Shown here piece after piece: positions 9,550 to 23,041 of a stretch of 32,542 nucleotides of DNA. Under the pieces are notes generated by a model. That model made no database searches, was not told the origin of the DNA, and saw only the letters and a program-made list of their open reading frames with translations. Position numbers and translations under genes: made by a program. Origin of the DNA: Diploschistes diacapsis (taxonomy: Eukaryota); assembly GCA_023645945.1 (NCBI GenBank), contig JALAIB010000100.1, positions 1 to 32,542 on the forward strand, given 5' to 3'. Within the stretch, counting starts at the first letter, position 1, and each line of letters starts with the position of its first letter.

Positions 9550-10331
9550 GCGGTTGGCAGAATTCGATCCATGTGTAGAAGCAAATTGTGCAAATGACAA
9601 ATACAATGCTTTGCACCATCAATATCCATGGCGTCATGACCAAAATCTCCCATTATTTTGAATGTCCGTTATATGACAGCTGCCATGGCAGTTGCGGTCG
9701 TTGGAACAGCGTGCGTGACCAGAGGAAACATGCTCGTTCTGGCCCAAGGGTCGATAACCGAGGCAAAAACTTTGCTCTTGGCTGAGTCGGACCGGACACC
9801 GGAAAGTCCCCAGACAGGCACAGGCTATGTGGCAGCACCAATTGCCCAATCAATCGGAGCGGAATCTCGCCCTGCAAGTTCCTCTTTTCGAAAACCCCCT
9901 CCCAGCACAGCCGTCGCTACCCCACGAGAATTTACCGATGCTCGGCACTCTGGCGGGTTTCGCTCAGCAGCAAAGTGGAGTTTGTCGCACCTTGCTGTAG
10001 TAGCTTTTTTCGGGGCCCGGGATTCGCATACGGGTGGACTGCTCGTATCTACAGCCAAACCAAATCCTCGAATTGTCCCAGCCTGTTGCTCCCGCAGTGT
10101 TCTGTCTCGGAGAGAGCACGGTGGCCGGCCCCTCGGCCACAGGCTCGACTTGACGGCTCGAGTATCGGAATGAAAAATAAGCCTCCATCGTCAGACTCGG
10201 GAGGTGGGAAACGGCATCATCGGCCCGGGAGACTTGTGAGAATCACGGTTTTGATGCTCATTTGTAGGAATGTCTTGGTATTAAAAAATAATGTACTAGA
10301 AGTTACTATCGCAAGGTGCAAGCCATAAGTT

Positions 10332-11915
10332 TCACTTGTTCCACGCCTTGCCACCTTCCCTCTTCTTGTTCCAAGGATCCTTGGGGAATGTCCAGCCCCG
10401 GATTCTCTTGGCGTCCCTCCTCTCCGTGGCATTAGGTTCCGGAATCCACGTGTCCTTCTCGGCCAGGACATGCTGGCGTGTCATTGCTGCCGGAGCACCG
10501 ACGTTTATCCTCCAGCTGCACTGTCCCGGCAACGGTTCCTCCTTGGCCAGCATATGAAGGAACCACAGGGCAAGGTTGGCCGTCAGGCCCTCCTGGCAGC
10601 GAGTCTCGATGACCGGAGCCAGCTCCAGATGCCCGAAATACGGCATGTCGCCCGTCCCGGCACGGGCACAAACAAGTTCCGTTTCTGTCATGATGTACCC
10701 GTACCGGCACTGATGCTGTCGCATATAGAAATGAAGGGCTGCCAGGCCCTCCAGATACAAGATTCTGCTCCATCCCTGTTCGTTTCGCATCCCCGAGTTC
10801 CAGCGCTCGTAGGGACGTACAATGCCAACGATCCTGCCCCTTCCGTTGCCCGTGATGGTCTTCTCGTAGTCGTCCTGGTAGTTCGAGAGGAATGCAGGCC
10901 CATCTCGGTCCTTGTTGAGACGCATGGATGTGTACCGCGACCCTTGAGTGACTTTCATGGTCGCGTTGAGCTTGGCCATGTAAAAGTCTTTGATGATATC
11001 TACCAGAGCAGCCTCGGACTCGGGGAAGAGCCTGGCCGAAGAGATTTGTGGCTTCGGGAACGCAGAGTCGTTCACCGGGATAGAAAGAAGCTTCTCGAAA
11101 CCTGGAACGGCCATGATGGTCTCCAGGGTGAAGTCGTCCCAAGAGTCGATGTTGCGAACGTCCCACCAGAAGTGGGAATTCAGACGGTTGATGGTCCGGT
11201 TCACTTGACGTACGAGGTTGACGGCCGGATTCGCTGCTCGCATGTACTCCAAGGAAGTCATTGTCACCTCGTCGGCTTGTTCGCAGCGCTGCTCCTCTGG
11301 CAGGTCGTAGTAAAGAGCTTGACGGGGAGTCGCAGCTTGTGCAGTGAAGATTGCCGAGCCAGGAATGACCGAAGGACTCCAATATGCTCCCGAGATGTAG
11401 GCAGGCTGGCGACGGTAAGGATATCCGAATCTGTTTAGGGTGACGCTATCGACACTCGATGCAGACACGGAGCGGGAGTGTCCTGCACCGACAGGCGAAG
11501 CAACGTTTGAAAGGACGCCAAAAGAAAAGTTTGTGCTCGTCGAGGTTGCGGAGAAGGGAGAGAGGAGGTTGTTGTACTCTGGAGGGACGGTAGTGCTTCG
11601 CTGGAATGGCGGTCTGGCTTGGGTCGGTGGAGGGACATAGCTTTGCGAAACGGCTCGTCGATGGCCTTTGGTGGAGGTATTATGTGACTGGTCCTGCGTC
11701 CTAATCTTTGGGAGAAGCGCGGGGCCATGCTGACGAATGGGAGAACGGTCAAAGGGCGTGGTCTCGACGTGAACCTCGACAAGGTTCGGTGACGAGTGGG
11801 TAGTCCATGCCGAAGACTCGGAGAAATTAGGACTTAGGCCTTCCTCGATCAACTCAGGCACTGCAGCAGCGGTGGGAGGGGTGATGGGCCGGTATTGGTA
11901 GGGGGTGAGAGGCAT
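10332..11915 (-). CDS. Conserved fungal protein of unknown function, 527 aa: low-complexity S/P/T N-half and globular C-half (a family I recall being loosely labelled 'sialidase')
   Basis: Long intronless ORF with coding-like codon bias. ATG at 11915 (MPLTPYQY...). Motifs HFWWDVRN, YMRQHQCRYGYIMTETELVCAR and LALWFLHMLA. Confidence 0.8.
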   Translation of the reverse strand: MPLTPYQYRPITPPTAAAVPELIEEGLSPNFSESSAWTTHSSPNLVEVHVETTPFDRSPIRQHGPALLPKIRTQDQSHNTSTKGHRRAVSQSYVPPPTQARPPFQRSTTVPPEYNNLLSPFSATSTSTNFSFGVLSNVASPVGAGHSRSVSASSVDSVTLNRFGYPYRRQPAYISGAYWSPSVIPGSAIFTAQAATPRQALYYDLPEEQRCEQADEVTMTSLEYMRAANPAVNLVRQVNRTINRLNSHFWWDVRNIDSWDDFTLETIMAVPGFEKLLSIPVNDSAFPKPQISSARLFPESEAALVDIIKDFYMAKLNATMKVTQGSRYTSMRLNKDRDGPAFLSNYQDDYEKTITGNGRGRIVGIVRPYERWNSGMRNEQGWSRILYLEGLAALHFYMRQHQCRYGYIMTETELVCARAGTGDMPYFGHLELAPVIETRCQEGLTANLALWFLHMLAKEEPLPGQCSWRINVGAPAAMTRQHVLAEKDTWIPEPNATERRDAKRIRGWTFPKDPWNKKREGGKAWNK

Positions 11916-12930
11916 ATTGAATCGCTTGGATATTAGACAGCGGAGGCCGGCTCCAGAAGAAAGAAAATAGAACGACAAACACGCTTTGTTGGGTATCTTG
12001 GATGAAGAAAAGGAACAGGAAAAGGCAGCGCAAAGAGAAGAGTACTTATCTTCCACCGGTTGACCCCAGATGGATCTCTATCTGAAACAGAGTAGCGTCG
12101 TCTAGAATGAAAGCCGAACGCGATGCATAGCTGAAACAAAGCATTCAGAGCTCGGGGTATGAGCTCGATGCTGGATTAGGAAGAGCGAGGTTGTTGGGAA
12201 TAGGGAAGGTGAGCAGCGCGCGTTAACGCGGAGAAGTCTATTTGGAGGGACATAGTATGAGGTTGTAAGGCTACACAGTCCAAAGTCGACATTTGTAAAT
12301 AGAGGGCGGTTGTATCAGGCCAGGATGCGGGTAGCGTGCAGTGCTAGAGCTTTGAAGGTCCCAAGTTTGGGGAGAAAGGCGGCGAGTGGGCGTCTGTTTC
12401 GAGATGATGAAGCCTGGTGATGCTACGCGTTCGGATGAATATGGGACGTGTATAAAAATATCGTCTGGCCCGGCGCGTAGAGACTTTCAATTGAAGAACG
12501 ATTGGGCATGAGTAAGCGCCAAGAGGTGTAGTGGGCGATTCAGGCTCGAGGGCTTCGTGTCATGCTCGTGGCCAGAATTCAGCCAGTTTTCGCGACGCTG
12601 AAACACTAAAAATAAAGCCTCGTTCTTTTGCTGCACTCGGGATTGGCTAACTTGAGAAAACATGTTTCGATCGGTGGCTGGGATCTTGCTACAAAAGTAC
12701 TGAGTGAGGGACACACGCTACCCTCCACCCGAGGAGCATTGACGGCAATAATGATATCGCTGGCCACGTTTGAGGGCCGTGTACCAGACGTGTCAGAGCT
12801 CGCGCGCAATGCTTCGAGCAACTTTTCACTCTCGCAAAGACATCATGGCCAGGTTTGCTCGGATAGCGTATAGCGTAATAGCGAGAGAAATCAGCGGACA
12901 AGGAACATGCTGACAAAGTCATCTTCAGCT

Positions 12931-14472
12931 TCATCGACCCGTTTGGTATCTCTCCATTATGTCTCGCACATTGCGCTTCCACCATTCTTGCCAGTCTACA
13001 ACGATCTTCTTCCTTCTCGCTTCTTCCGCCGCAAACACCATGGCGTGGCTTCGGATGACATCTTCGAGCGTGCAGCCAATGTGCTGCATTTGTGCTTCGC
13101 TCGCGGATCGGCCGTTCTTCACATCACCAACCGCTGCTACAAAAGACCCAGCTAGCCCAGCGTCTCCTCCCCCATGGCCACCACCCGGTTGGTGTGGATG
13201 GTAAGTCTTCGTATGCTGGTCTGCAAAGGTGTGAACTCGCACCGCCTTGCTATCATACTCGATCTCTCCTTTCGTTCCGTATATTCTCCCCCTTCTTTCG
13301 CATTGCTTTTCGGTAAAGGCGACCATGTGGAAGGTAGCAGTCTTAGCGCCAAGACCGTTCCCATCGTCTTCCCAGTTCAGTGTGACCGTTTGGTCATCGC
13401 AGACATCGTTGTCCGACTCCCACACGCACCGCCCGAACCACGGTCGCTCATCAATTTCCTGCTGGCTTTTCGTGGTGTAGTCGTCCTCCAGAGCCGAAAG
13501 AAGTTTTTCCGTTGCTTCTTCTTTCTTTCCTGCAAGCCAGAGATCTTCCATTTCCGGCACCACAACATTGACGGGCCAACCAGGGTTGCCTTGCAACAGT
13601 TGGCGCTCCAGGTATACCTTCTTGGCGCTATACATGCAGTCCTTTTCGAACTCACACGATATGCAGTTGGTTGCTGTGCCAGCCTGTATTGGCTTGCGTG
13701 ACTTTTTGAAGAAGGTGAGCGAGCCAAAGGAGCTTACGTGACTCGGTAGATGCATTCCGTACCCCAATATCCATAGGATAAAATCTATATCGTGACAGGA
13801 CTTCGTAAGGAGCGAAGGCGCCGTGGCCGATTCCTTTCTCCAGTTGCCGCGCACATAGCTGTGGGAGAAATGCCACCATCCTACGGGCTCTGTATGCTCC
13901 ATCGAGACTATCTCTCCGATGACGGAGTTCTCGAGCAGGAGCTTTCGGAGGAGCATGTTGTGAGGACTGTATCGAAGGACATGTCCTATTGAGAATATGG
14001 TTTTAGGCACTTCTCCCCTAAGAGGCTCGATCGCCTTGTAGATCCGGATGCAGTCCTCCAGAGTCGTTGCCAGAGGCTTTTCGCACATCATATGCAAGTT
14101 CAATGGGGCCAGGTTCGTAATGACATCCACGTGCGTGTGGTCAAGCGTGCAAATAAAGACGCCGTCGAATCCAGACAACACTCGCTCGCCGGCAACCTCT
14201 CTCTTCCGACGGTGAGTCTCGTAGTGTAGGAAGTCTTGCCATGTGTCGAATTCTTGGTCTTCCTGTCTTTTATTATCGTACCATATATATTTCTCTCCTA
14301 GGCGGCGTCGATTCTGGGGAATGGGATCAGCAACTGAGGCGACGATGCCAACGTTTGACTCAAAAACAGCCTTGGCATAGGCATTCCCTCTTGATCCAGC
14401 TCCAATGATTAAAAATCTTGGTGTTGAGCAATTTGTGCCATTCATATTGTCTGTTGATTCATTGCCGGCCAT
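12931..14472 (-). CDS. Gfo/Idh/MocA family NAD(P)-dependent oxidoreductase (StrI-like), 513 aa
   Basis: IIGAGSRG Rossmann motif, MMCEKPLA, IGHVLRYSP, HSYVRGNWR, KSCHDID and GGHGGGD. Confidence 0.92.
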   Translation of the reverse strand: MAGNESTDNMNGTNCSTPRFLIIGAGSRGNAYAKAVFESNVGIVASVADPIPQNRRRLGEKYIWYDNKRQEDQEFDTWQDFLHYETHRRKREVAGERVLSGFDGVFICTLDHTHVDVITNLAPLNLHMMCEKPLATTLEDCIRIYKAIEPLRGEVPKTIFSIGHVLRYSPHNMLLRKLLLENSVIGEIVSMEHTEPVGWWHFSHSYVRGNWRKESATAPSLLTKSCHDIDFILWILGYGMHLPSHVSSFGSLTFFKKSRKPIQAGTATNCISCEFEKDCMYSAKKVYLERQLLQGNPGWPVNVVVPEMEDLWLAGKKEEATEKLLSALEDDYTTKSQQEIDERPWFGRCVWESDNDVCDDQTVTLNWEDDGNGLGAKTATFHMVAFTEKQCERRGRIYGTKGEIEYDSKAVRVHTFADQHTKTYHPHQPGGGHGGGDAGLAGSFVAAVGDVKNGRSASEAQMQHIGCTLEDVIRSHAMVFAAEEARRKKIVVDWQEWWKRNVRDIMERYQTGR

Positions 14473-14725
14473 TGCGTGAGGTTGGACGTTGTGGGGGAAG
14501 GCTAAAATGTCCCGAAGCAGAGATCACGGACGACGTTTGATGCAAGAAAGTGTGGTCTATTGTGGCATATTATAGTCAACACCATCTTTTCTACTCTTGA
14601 TTCCGAAGCCCCGAACCTTTCCCGTACGTGGTGGACAAAGCTTTCAAAGTTCAATCGACCTCTACTACGTGTGGTATGAGCAAGATTTCAATTAGCGAAC
14701 CTTTTCACTTGCATTGTTGAAGAAA

Positions 14726-15354
14726 ATGGTAACTAGATCAAACGCACCTCTTACGTGGATAGATTGTGAAGTAGCTCTCGAGCTCGCGTACATGAAGGTT
14801 GCTAAAAGAAGTAGATGACCGGGCTTGATAGGCAAAACGATCAAATCATGTCTGTCTGCTGCTTCGTGACAGATGCAAACCTGAACCTGTACGACCAGAC
14901 AGGGTTTGAGGCCGTCATTCATCACGACCAGGCCACGCTCGACCGGATGAACGACTGGTGCACTGCTACTCACGGCAAAAATGGGCTCACAGAAGCCTGT
15001 CTGAACTCTGCTACATCCGCCGAAGAAGCGGCGACTGGGCTACTGGCCTACATTCAACGATACGTTCCTGAAGAACGGAAGGCGCTGCTTGCGGGAAATA
15101 GCGTCCATGCAGACAAGGATTTCCTCAGCAGGAGACCCTACGACGCTGTGATCCGGCACCTCCATTATCGCATACTGGACGTCAGCAGCCTAAAGGAAGC
15201 GGCACTTCGGTGGGCACCGGACCAACAGCTGGAGCTAATGCCAAAGAAAAAGAACTTGCATCAAGCCAGGGACGATATACTTGAGAGCATCCAGGAAGCG
15301 AAGTACTATCGGGACATTTTCTTCCAGCAAAAGGCCAGAAAAAATGGGGAATGA
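14726..15354 (+). CDS. REX2: Oligoribonuclease (DEDDh exonuclease), ~194 aa, 2 exons (14726-14770, 14815-15354)
   Basis: PLTWIDCE|MTGLD joined across a 44-nt intron. Also THGKNGL, LAGNSVHADKDFL, LHYRILDVSS and HQARDDILESI. Confidence 0.93.
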
Positions 15355-15645
15355 GCTATTCGAGTCTTGTATTTGGCCCTAAATGCTCCAGCATTAGACA
15401 CAACTTCAAGTTGATCGAGGAAAGAAATTTTGCCTTCGTCGCTTTCTAGACCCTGAACATTCACCCAACCCACTCTCAACCCCCCACCATATTCACCCCT
15501 CCAAAACTTTAACCGTTCCGTCACTGTTAATGGATAAGATCATAAAACTTGTTCAGAGCTCCTTCTTCAACGTTCAAATAACTACTCATTGATTGACCAA
15601 CGCTTGAGCCTTCAAGTTCACAGTTCTGGATCTATCAAACTCACC

Positions 15646-17417
<1,772 letters not shown>

Positions 17418-17706
17418 AAGAAATGTGGACTTGAAGGAGTAGCGAGCGTACTTGCGGTACAAACACGGAAAAGTTGACATGTTTAACGGAGTTTGCGTCA
17501 CCATAGCAATAACCGTAACGAACAATATGGAAATTTCATAACCAATGATCGTGGCACTCGGTGGATGTAATGCAAACCCTAATAAAGATACACAAGTTCT
17601 AGTAACGCCCAATCAAGTCCTTACCTCGAGTCTCATGTGGCCGCTAGTCTACTCGTTCAGGCCAACACCGGGTTTCGCTGGCAGCCCAGCATCCGAATGC
17701 CCACCA

Positions 17707-19056
17707 TCATTGTTGAAAGTCGAATGGTCGTTGTGCGTTCTTGGCTTTGGACGCATCGTACCTCCAGATGCCATTGGTCTTGTCCCCTTCCACCTTCTCT
17801 CCGACGGGCTTGGCCAACTTGTCGAATATTGGATCCTGCTTGAGCCGGGAGAAGAAGGTCCGCTGCCACTCTTTTCCCTCCGCCTGCTCCTTCTTTCGCA
17901 TCTCACGCTGCTGGTTCTCAATCTTGGATTTTTCGTAACTCGTAGTGTCCATGTCGCCCTTCAAGATAGCATTGGCCACCTTATTCCAGGCCTTTTTGCT
18001 TTCGCGTGGGCTCTGCTCCTCCAACGGAGGGATCTTCAGCTTCGTTGTGGGGTTCTGACTCGCGCTGTAGGTCTCTATGACTCGGCCATGCTTCGAACTG
18101 CCTTCCTTGATGGTGAAGCTGTCGTTCCACTGCCCGTCAACGCTGTACAGCACATCCTTTTCTTTGCCCTCCTTCACTAGGGTCGCACTGAAGGTGTTCT
18201 TCTTCCCAGATACCCATCCCTTGCCAGAGTAATCAATCTTTGAAATGTAGCCTGTAGAAGATGTGATGGTGGTCGACTTGTTCAGCTCGACGAAGGGAGA
18301 TCCATATATGAGATTTTCAATGTGGATCGACGGTAGCGTGATCAAGTAGTCTTCGTTCAAGGCGTCGAGGTGATAGATGGCGTGGCCAATCTGCTTAACG
18401 TGGATGGTACGTGAGAAGGAGGCCTTTTGACCGTTGTACCCTTGGAGCTACATGAAGGTTAGGAACGGAATATACCCGGTTTTCCAGAGGTGCTCACTCG
18501 GACGCCGTGCTTCTCGTTTGCGATGCAGTACGCCGTAACTGGTGGATGATGACTGTAGCGGTCAACAAGGACTTTTAACCTTGACAAATGTCCTTACCTG
18601 ACTTGCTCCGAGACCAGCGTCGTTGTACCCGCCGTGTCTTCCCACTCCCCCAAAAACAACTCGCCCAGAAACGGATTCAGGGGCTTCTTCTCCGAGCCAA
18701 GTGTATCACTGCGACTGCAATATTGCTGCTTAAGTGTGCTTAAGAACCACCTGAGGACCAGAAGTGCGCGCTTGGCGGGGTCCTTCTCCGACGCAGGAGC
18801 GACAAAAATCGATGGGTGCTCGGCCCAGTACGAGGAAAACTCAGTCAGCGAGATGGTGCCGAGAATGAAGGGTGGGGCAGTCAGGGACGATAGATCGCCG
18901 TTGAAAGAGGCTATGGACTAGAGGATGTTTCAGCATTAATAGACAAGGAACTGCTTAGACAAAGCCCACCTTCAGAAAACTGCCCCAGGAGCCACGTTGT
19001 GCAGGTGCGACTCCACCCCCTTCAGTGCTGGAGTCCTGAGTCGGTGATGACGGCAT
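17707..19056 (-). CDS. KES1: Oxysterol-binding protein, Kes1/Osh4 type, 4 exons
   Basis: [39 protein letters not shown], the OSBP signature EQVS|HHPP across an intron, and [13 protein letters not shown]. Confidence 0.93.
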
Positions 19057-19713
19057 TGAGAGGAAAAGGACAGGAAAAATAGAGTAGAGAAAGGGCGGGG
19101 TGGTGATAGTATAAAAGTCAGAACAAGAAGAGAGTCTAAGAAAAAGAATGAGGTAGAGCCAAATCAGTTGAAGCCTTCATGGGGATGACGATGCTTGTGG
19201 TTCTGGTCTTGGGATCGACGTTTTACTGCTTGCTCCTGGCTGGGTGGGTTACCTGCTGCATCTCTCGTGAGGTGGCTTTCGAAGGGACTATTATTATGCA
19301 GAGGATTATTATTATACCTCGGTGGCTGGAAATTTGTGGCGGTGCGCTGTCATGTGGGGATGCCATCATCATTCCAATTACATACCTACGTACGTACAGA
19401 AGAGCAACACCAGAACTTTGGCAAATAAAGCATCTCAAGACTGTTATGGATACAGCATGCTCCAGAGATTTCCTATATGGCAATTCTGAAGTTGCTAGCA
19501 ATGCATGTCATGGTTATTCTCTGCAACGTTGTTTGTCTGTACCCGTGGACTGTATAGAATACGGTCCACATCCAGCTAGCGCTAATAATTTTTTTCTAAA
19601 AAGTAATAGCATCTCTTGCATCGTGCCTATCCCATACAAATTCTTCAAGGTTATCTACAAACGACTTCGGTTGATTCTTTCCCTCACGTCTTTACCACTC
19701 CCTTTTGCTGCCG

Positions 19714-21807
19714 ATGTATAGTCTCGGTAGAAGAGGTCATGCCTCTGTAGCTCAAGCCCTCCGCATCTCCTTTCTACCGACATCTGCCCCTCCCAGGTTA
19801 TTGTCCTTGCCTCCTTCATTGCTTAAGAGGAGCCTCTTGCGGCCGATTCAACCCTTCTCCTCATGTTTTCCGCGAAGCAACCCAGCAGCAGCAGCTGCGG
19901 CAGCAACGGTCGCTCCCGAAGATGGGCCAGTCGGGGCCAATGAACCTATTACAAGATTCGAAGATCTGGCCAAGAGACAACTGGTTTGCCGCACAGTTGT
20001 CGATACCTTAATGCACGGGATGCTGTTGGAGACTATGACTGCCGTTCAATCTCAAACTATCCATGAAGCATTGAAAGGAGACGACATGTAAGTTTCCCCC
20101 CACCCCAAACTCCTATCACTGAAGTAAAGTAGCCTTGCTCGAGCACGAACAGGAACGGGAAAAACTTTGGCATTCCTCATCCCGGTCCTGCAGAGAATAA
20201 TAGGCCAGGACCCTACCCTCGAGCGACCGGCTCCCCGAGCGTTTCCCATCAAGCCTTCAGAAACTGGAAGATATCGGCGACCATCCACCAATACGCGCAA
20301 CTCAGATATCAGAGCGATCATCATATCGCCCACTCGCGAGCTTGCTGAACAAATAGCGGTAGAAGCTCGAAGAATTACACAGGGTACCGGCGTGGTGGTA
20401 CAGACAGCCGTGGGTGGTACCGGCAAACAAGCGGGGCTCTGGAGGATCCGGAATCAAGGATGCCATATTCTGGTCGGCACTCCCGGACGTCTCAACGATA
20501 TACTATCGGATCCGACCAGCGGTGTGGCCGTCCCGAATCTGGATGCCCTTGTTCTGGACGAGGCGGACCGCTTGCTTGACCAAGGATTCGCGGCAGAGAT
20601 TGAGAGCATCAGGCAGTTACTCCCATCGGCATCTACGAGAGACAGGCAGACGCTCATGTTTTCTGCTACTGTTCCCAAGGAGGTCATGCAGATGGTGGGG
20701 ACGTTCATGAAACGCGGTTATCGGTTCGTCCAAACTGTGCAGCCTGGTGAGCAACAGACCCACGAGCGCGTGGTGCAAAAAGCGGTATATGTCAACGGTC
20801 TTGAAAACATGCTCCCGTCTCTCCTGGAGTTGATACGCCGCGAAGAAGGCCGTCAAGATTCCGGGTCTCCGTTCAAGGCTATTGTTTTCTTCAATGCTAA
20901 TACGGAGGCCCAGCTGTCCAGAGCCATTTTCCAAAACCTTAGGAGCCACGATGCTCGAAAAGTGCCCATCATCGAAATGCACGCCAAGTTGACGCAAATC
21001 AACCGTACCCGAGCTTCTGATATGTTTCGCCGAGCCAAGAGCGCGGTCATGTTCTCCTCCGATGTATCGGCCCGCGGAATGGATTTCCCAAATGTGACGC
21101 ATGTGATTCAGATGAATCTGCCTCGGGATCAGGAAACATATATCCATCGCCTTGGTCGTACGGCGCGAGGAGACAAGAGAGGAGAAGGCTGGATCTTCAT
21201 GACGCCAATGGAGCAGAGGGTGGCAAGACAGCGCCTCAAGGGTTTGCCCCTTGTCGAAGATTCTTCGCTCGAGGTGCCCCGGATCGACATGACCAAGGAC
21301 TCACAGCTCCCTGCGAGTGTGGCACAGTGTTTGACGGAGACCATCGATGCGGCAAGACAAACGGATCTCAAGCTAAAAGCTGCCGCATATACGGCTACCC
21401 TAGGGACATTCCAATGGGCGAGCAAGGGACCATTGGTAGAGATGATGAACCGCCGGGCGATACACGGTTGGGGGATGACAGAACCACCGAGCATTTCAGC
21501 GCCTCTGGCCCAAAAATTGAACCTCCGTGGCTTGCCAGGCCTAAGAATAGCAGCCTCAAATACAACGTCAAGGGACTCTGCCGATCTAGGTTCCTCGAGC
21601 TACAGGGGAGGTGGAAGCCGGATGAGCGATAGAGGTAGGACGCAGTTTAAACCGAGGGAACAGCGACGCTTCGAACCGAGGGAACAACGACGCTTCGAAC
21701 CGAGGGAACAGCGACGTGAGCCATTTCAGCAACGCGGCGATACGGGAATGATGGCCAGGTCCCAGGGCTTCAGAAGCAGGTCAAGAGACGCCAGTTACAA
21801 TTATTAA
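19714..21807 (+). CDS. MSS116: Mitochondrial DEAD-box RNA helicase Mss116/CYT-19-like, 2 exons (19714-20087, 20133-21807)
   Basis: Basic/Ser-rich presequence, Q motif MTAVQSQT, ARTGTGKT, PTRELA, TPGRL, DEAD, SAT, ARGMDFP, HRLGRTAR and a basic C-tail. Confidence 0.88.
21650..21717 (+). repeat. 24-bp coding tandem repeat x~3 (PREQRRFE) in the helicase C-tail
   Basis: aaccgagggaacagcgacgcttcg repeated nearly three times. Confidence 0.9.
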
Positions 21808-23041
21808 CCCCAGGTAGCGAGCCGTTTTCAATCCAGCTATTAGTAGTTCAGTTCTTTTACATAGTTCCCCTACCCTTTTCTGCTATCCCACATCACTTCT
21901 AGGGTGTTCCTTGATTCTTGTACGAGTGGCATGGTCGCCGCTCGTAACGGCACACCTTGCATAGGCATAGAACAGGCGCTGGATTAGGTGGGATCACTGG
22001 GTCTACTTTTAATACGATAATCTCCAATATATCACGCTCTCAAGCCTTGACAATTGAGAATTTGGGGACAAAATACCAACTGAGAATGAAGAGTCAAAGA
22101 TGAGAGGATAATTGCATTAATCGTGAGGATCCTTGGATTTAGCTTTCAACCTGCCCCCTGGGCGCCTCTACAACACCATCGTAGGGCTTCCTTCCTGGTC
22201 AACGTATCACTATTTATTGACCTTGAACCACAAATTTGCAGAACCTCGACCAGGGAAGGTGCTCGGTATCCACGATAATTCCTCAAGGAAAATGTTGGGC
22301 TATAATCCAGATATTACTAGTCTGAGAGTGTGCGCAACTCTTAGCCCAGCGATTTCTACAAAAGACCCAGACTGAGACACCGATGCTTATGCAAGCAGCG
22401 ACTGTGGAATAGTAATCGGTACGTTGCTAGGTTTGCTCCGCAGGCGATGCAGGCAGCCAAGTGGCACGGACGTCCAACGCAAAGCTGTAACTGGATAGAC
22501 CTAGTTTCTAATGGTGAGGTTTCGTTATAATTGAGGTTTGACAATGGTAACACAGACAAAATTCAAAGAAATCCTGGATAGCGCGACAATTGTCAGGCTG
22601 GCAGAGTGGTACAAACTGTGGCGTTTTGCAGCAACACGCATTACCGGCAAAGGGTTGTGGAGCCATTCCATCAGAGCTAAAGCGGATCGGGGACAATAGA
22701 AACGGTGCAGTGCAAGTCAAGAGTTGGAAGGCACGGAGAGCCCTAGCAACTAGGAGATACTGGCCTCAAGCTGGCGGCTGAACTGGAATGTAAACCCATT
22801 CCGGCTAAATAGATGACAAGGTTACTAGTTGTTCACAACATACAGGTAGATGTTTTATACACAGCGGCACGCTTACCACGAGATAGTCTCCAGAAGCTCG
22901 TAAATTTATTCATGTTGAAAAGGTGGCTTCAGCGCTCGTCTTGGCTCTGGCCTGATTCGAGGATATTTTCTTTTGGGGAGTATGGTAGTAGTCGAAATAG
23001 TAGTCGAAATAGTAGCAATCGTCTGGATCTTAGGCATTTTC

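Noticed and set aside
9658..10328. 171-aa and 117-aa ORFs between convergent genes
   Set aside because: Non-ATG starts and no motifs. Probably 3' UTR or intergenic sequence.
10432..11438. Two long overlapping ORFs (316 aa alternate frame on minus, 322 aa antisense) inside the 527-aa gene
   Set aside because: No recognisable motifs and R/G/S-biased composition. They are explained by GC-rich codon usage suppressing stops in shadow frames.
11916..12056. N-terminal extension of the 574-aa ORF
   Set aside because: It starts at GTG and translates a CT-rich UTR. The first ATG is at 11915.
12931..14472. Streptomycin/aminoglycoside cluster suggested by StrI similarity
   Set aside because: This is a widespread fungal Gfo/Idh/MocA subfamily, and its neighbours are housekeeping genes with no biosynthetic core enzyme.
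21810..23040. Several 60-100 aa ORFs in the 1.2-kb convergent gap
   Set aside because: I could not assemble a spliced gene or recognise a family.
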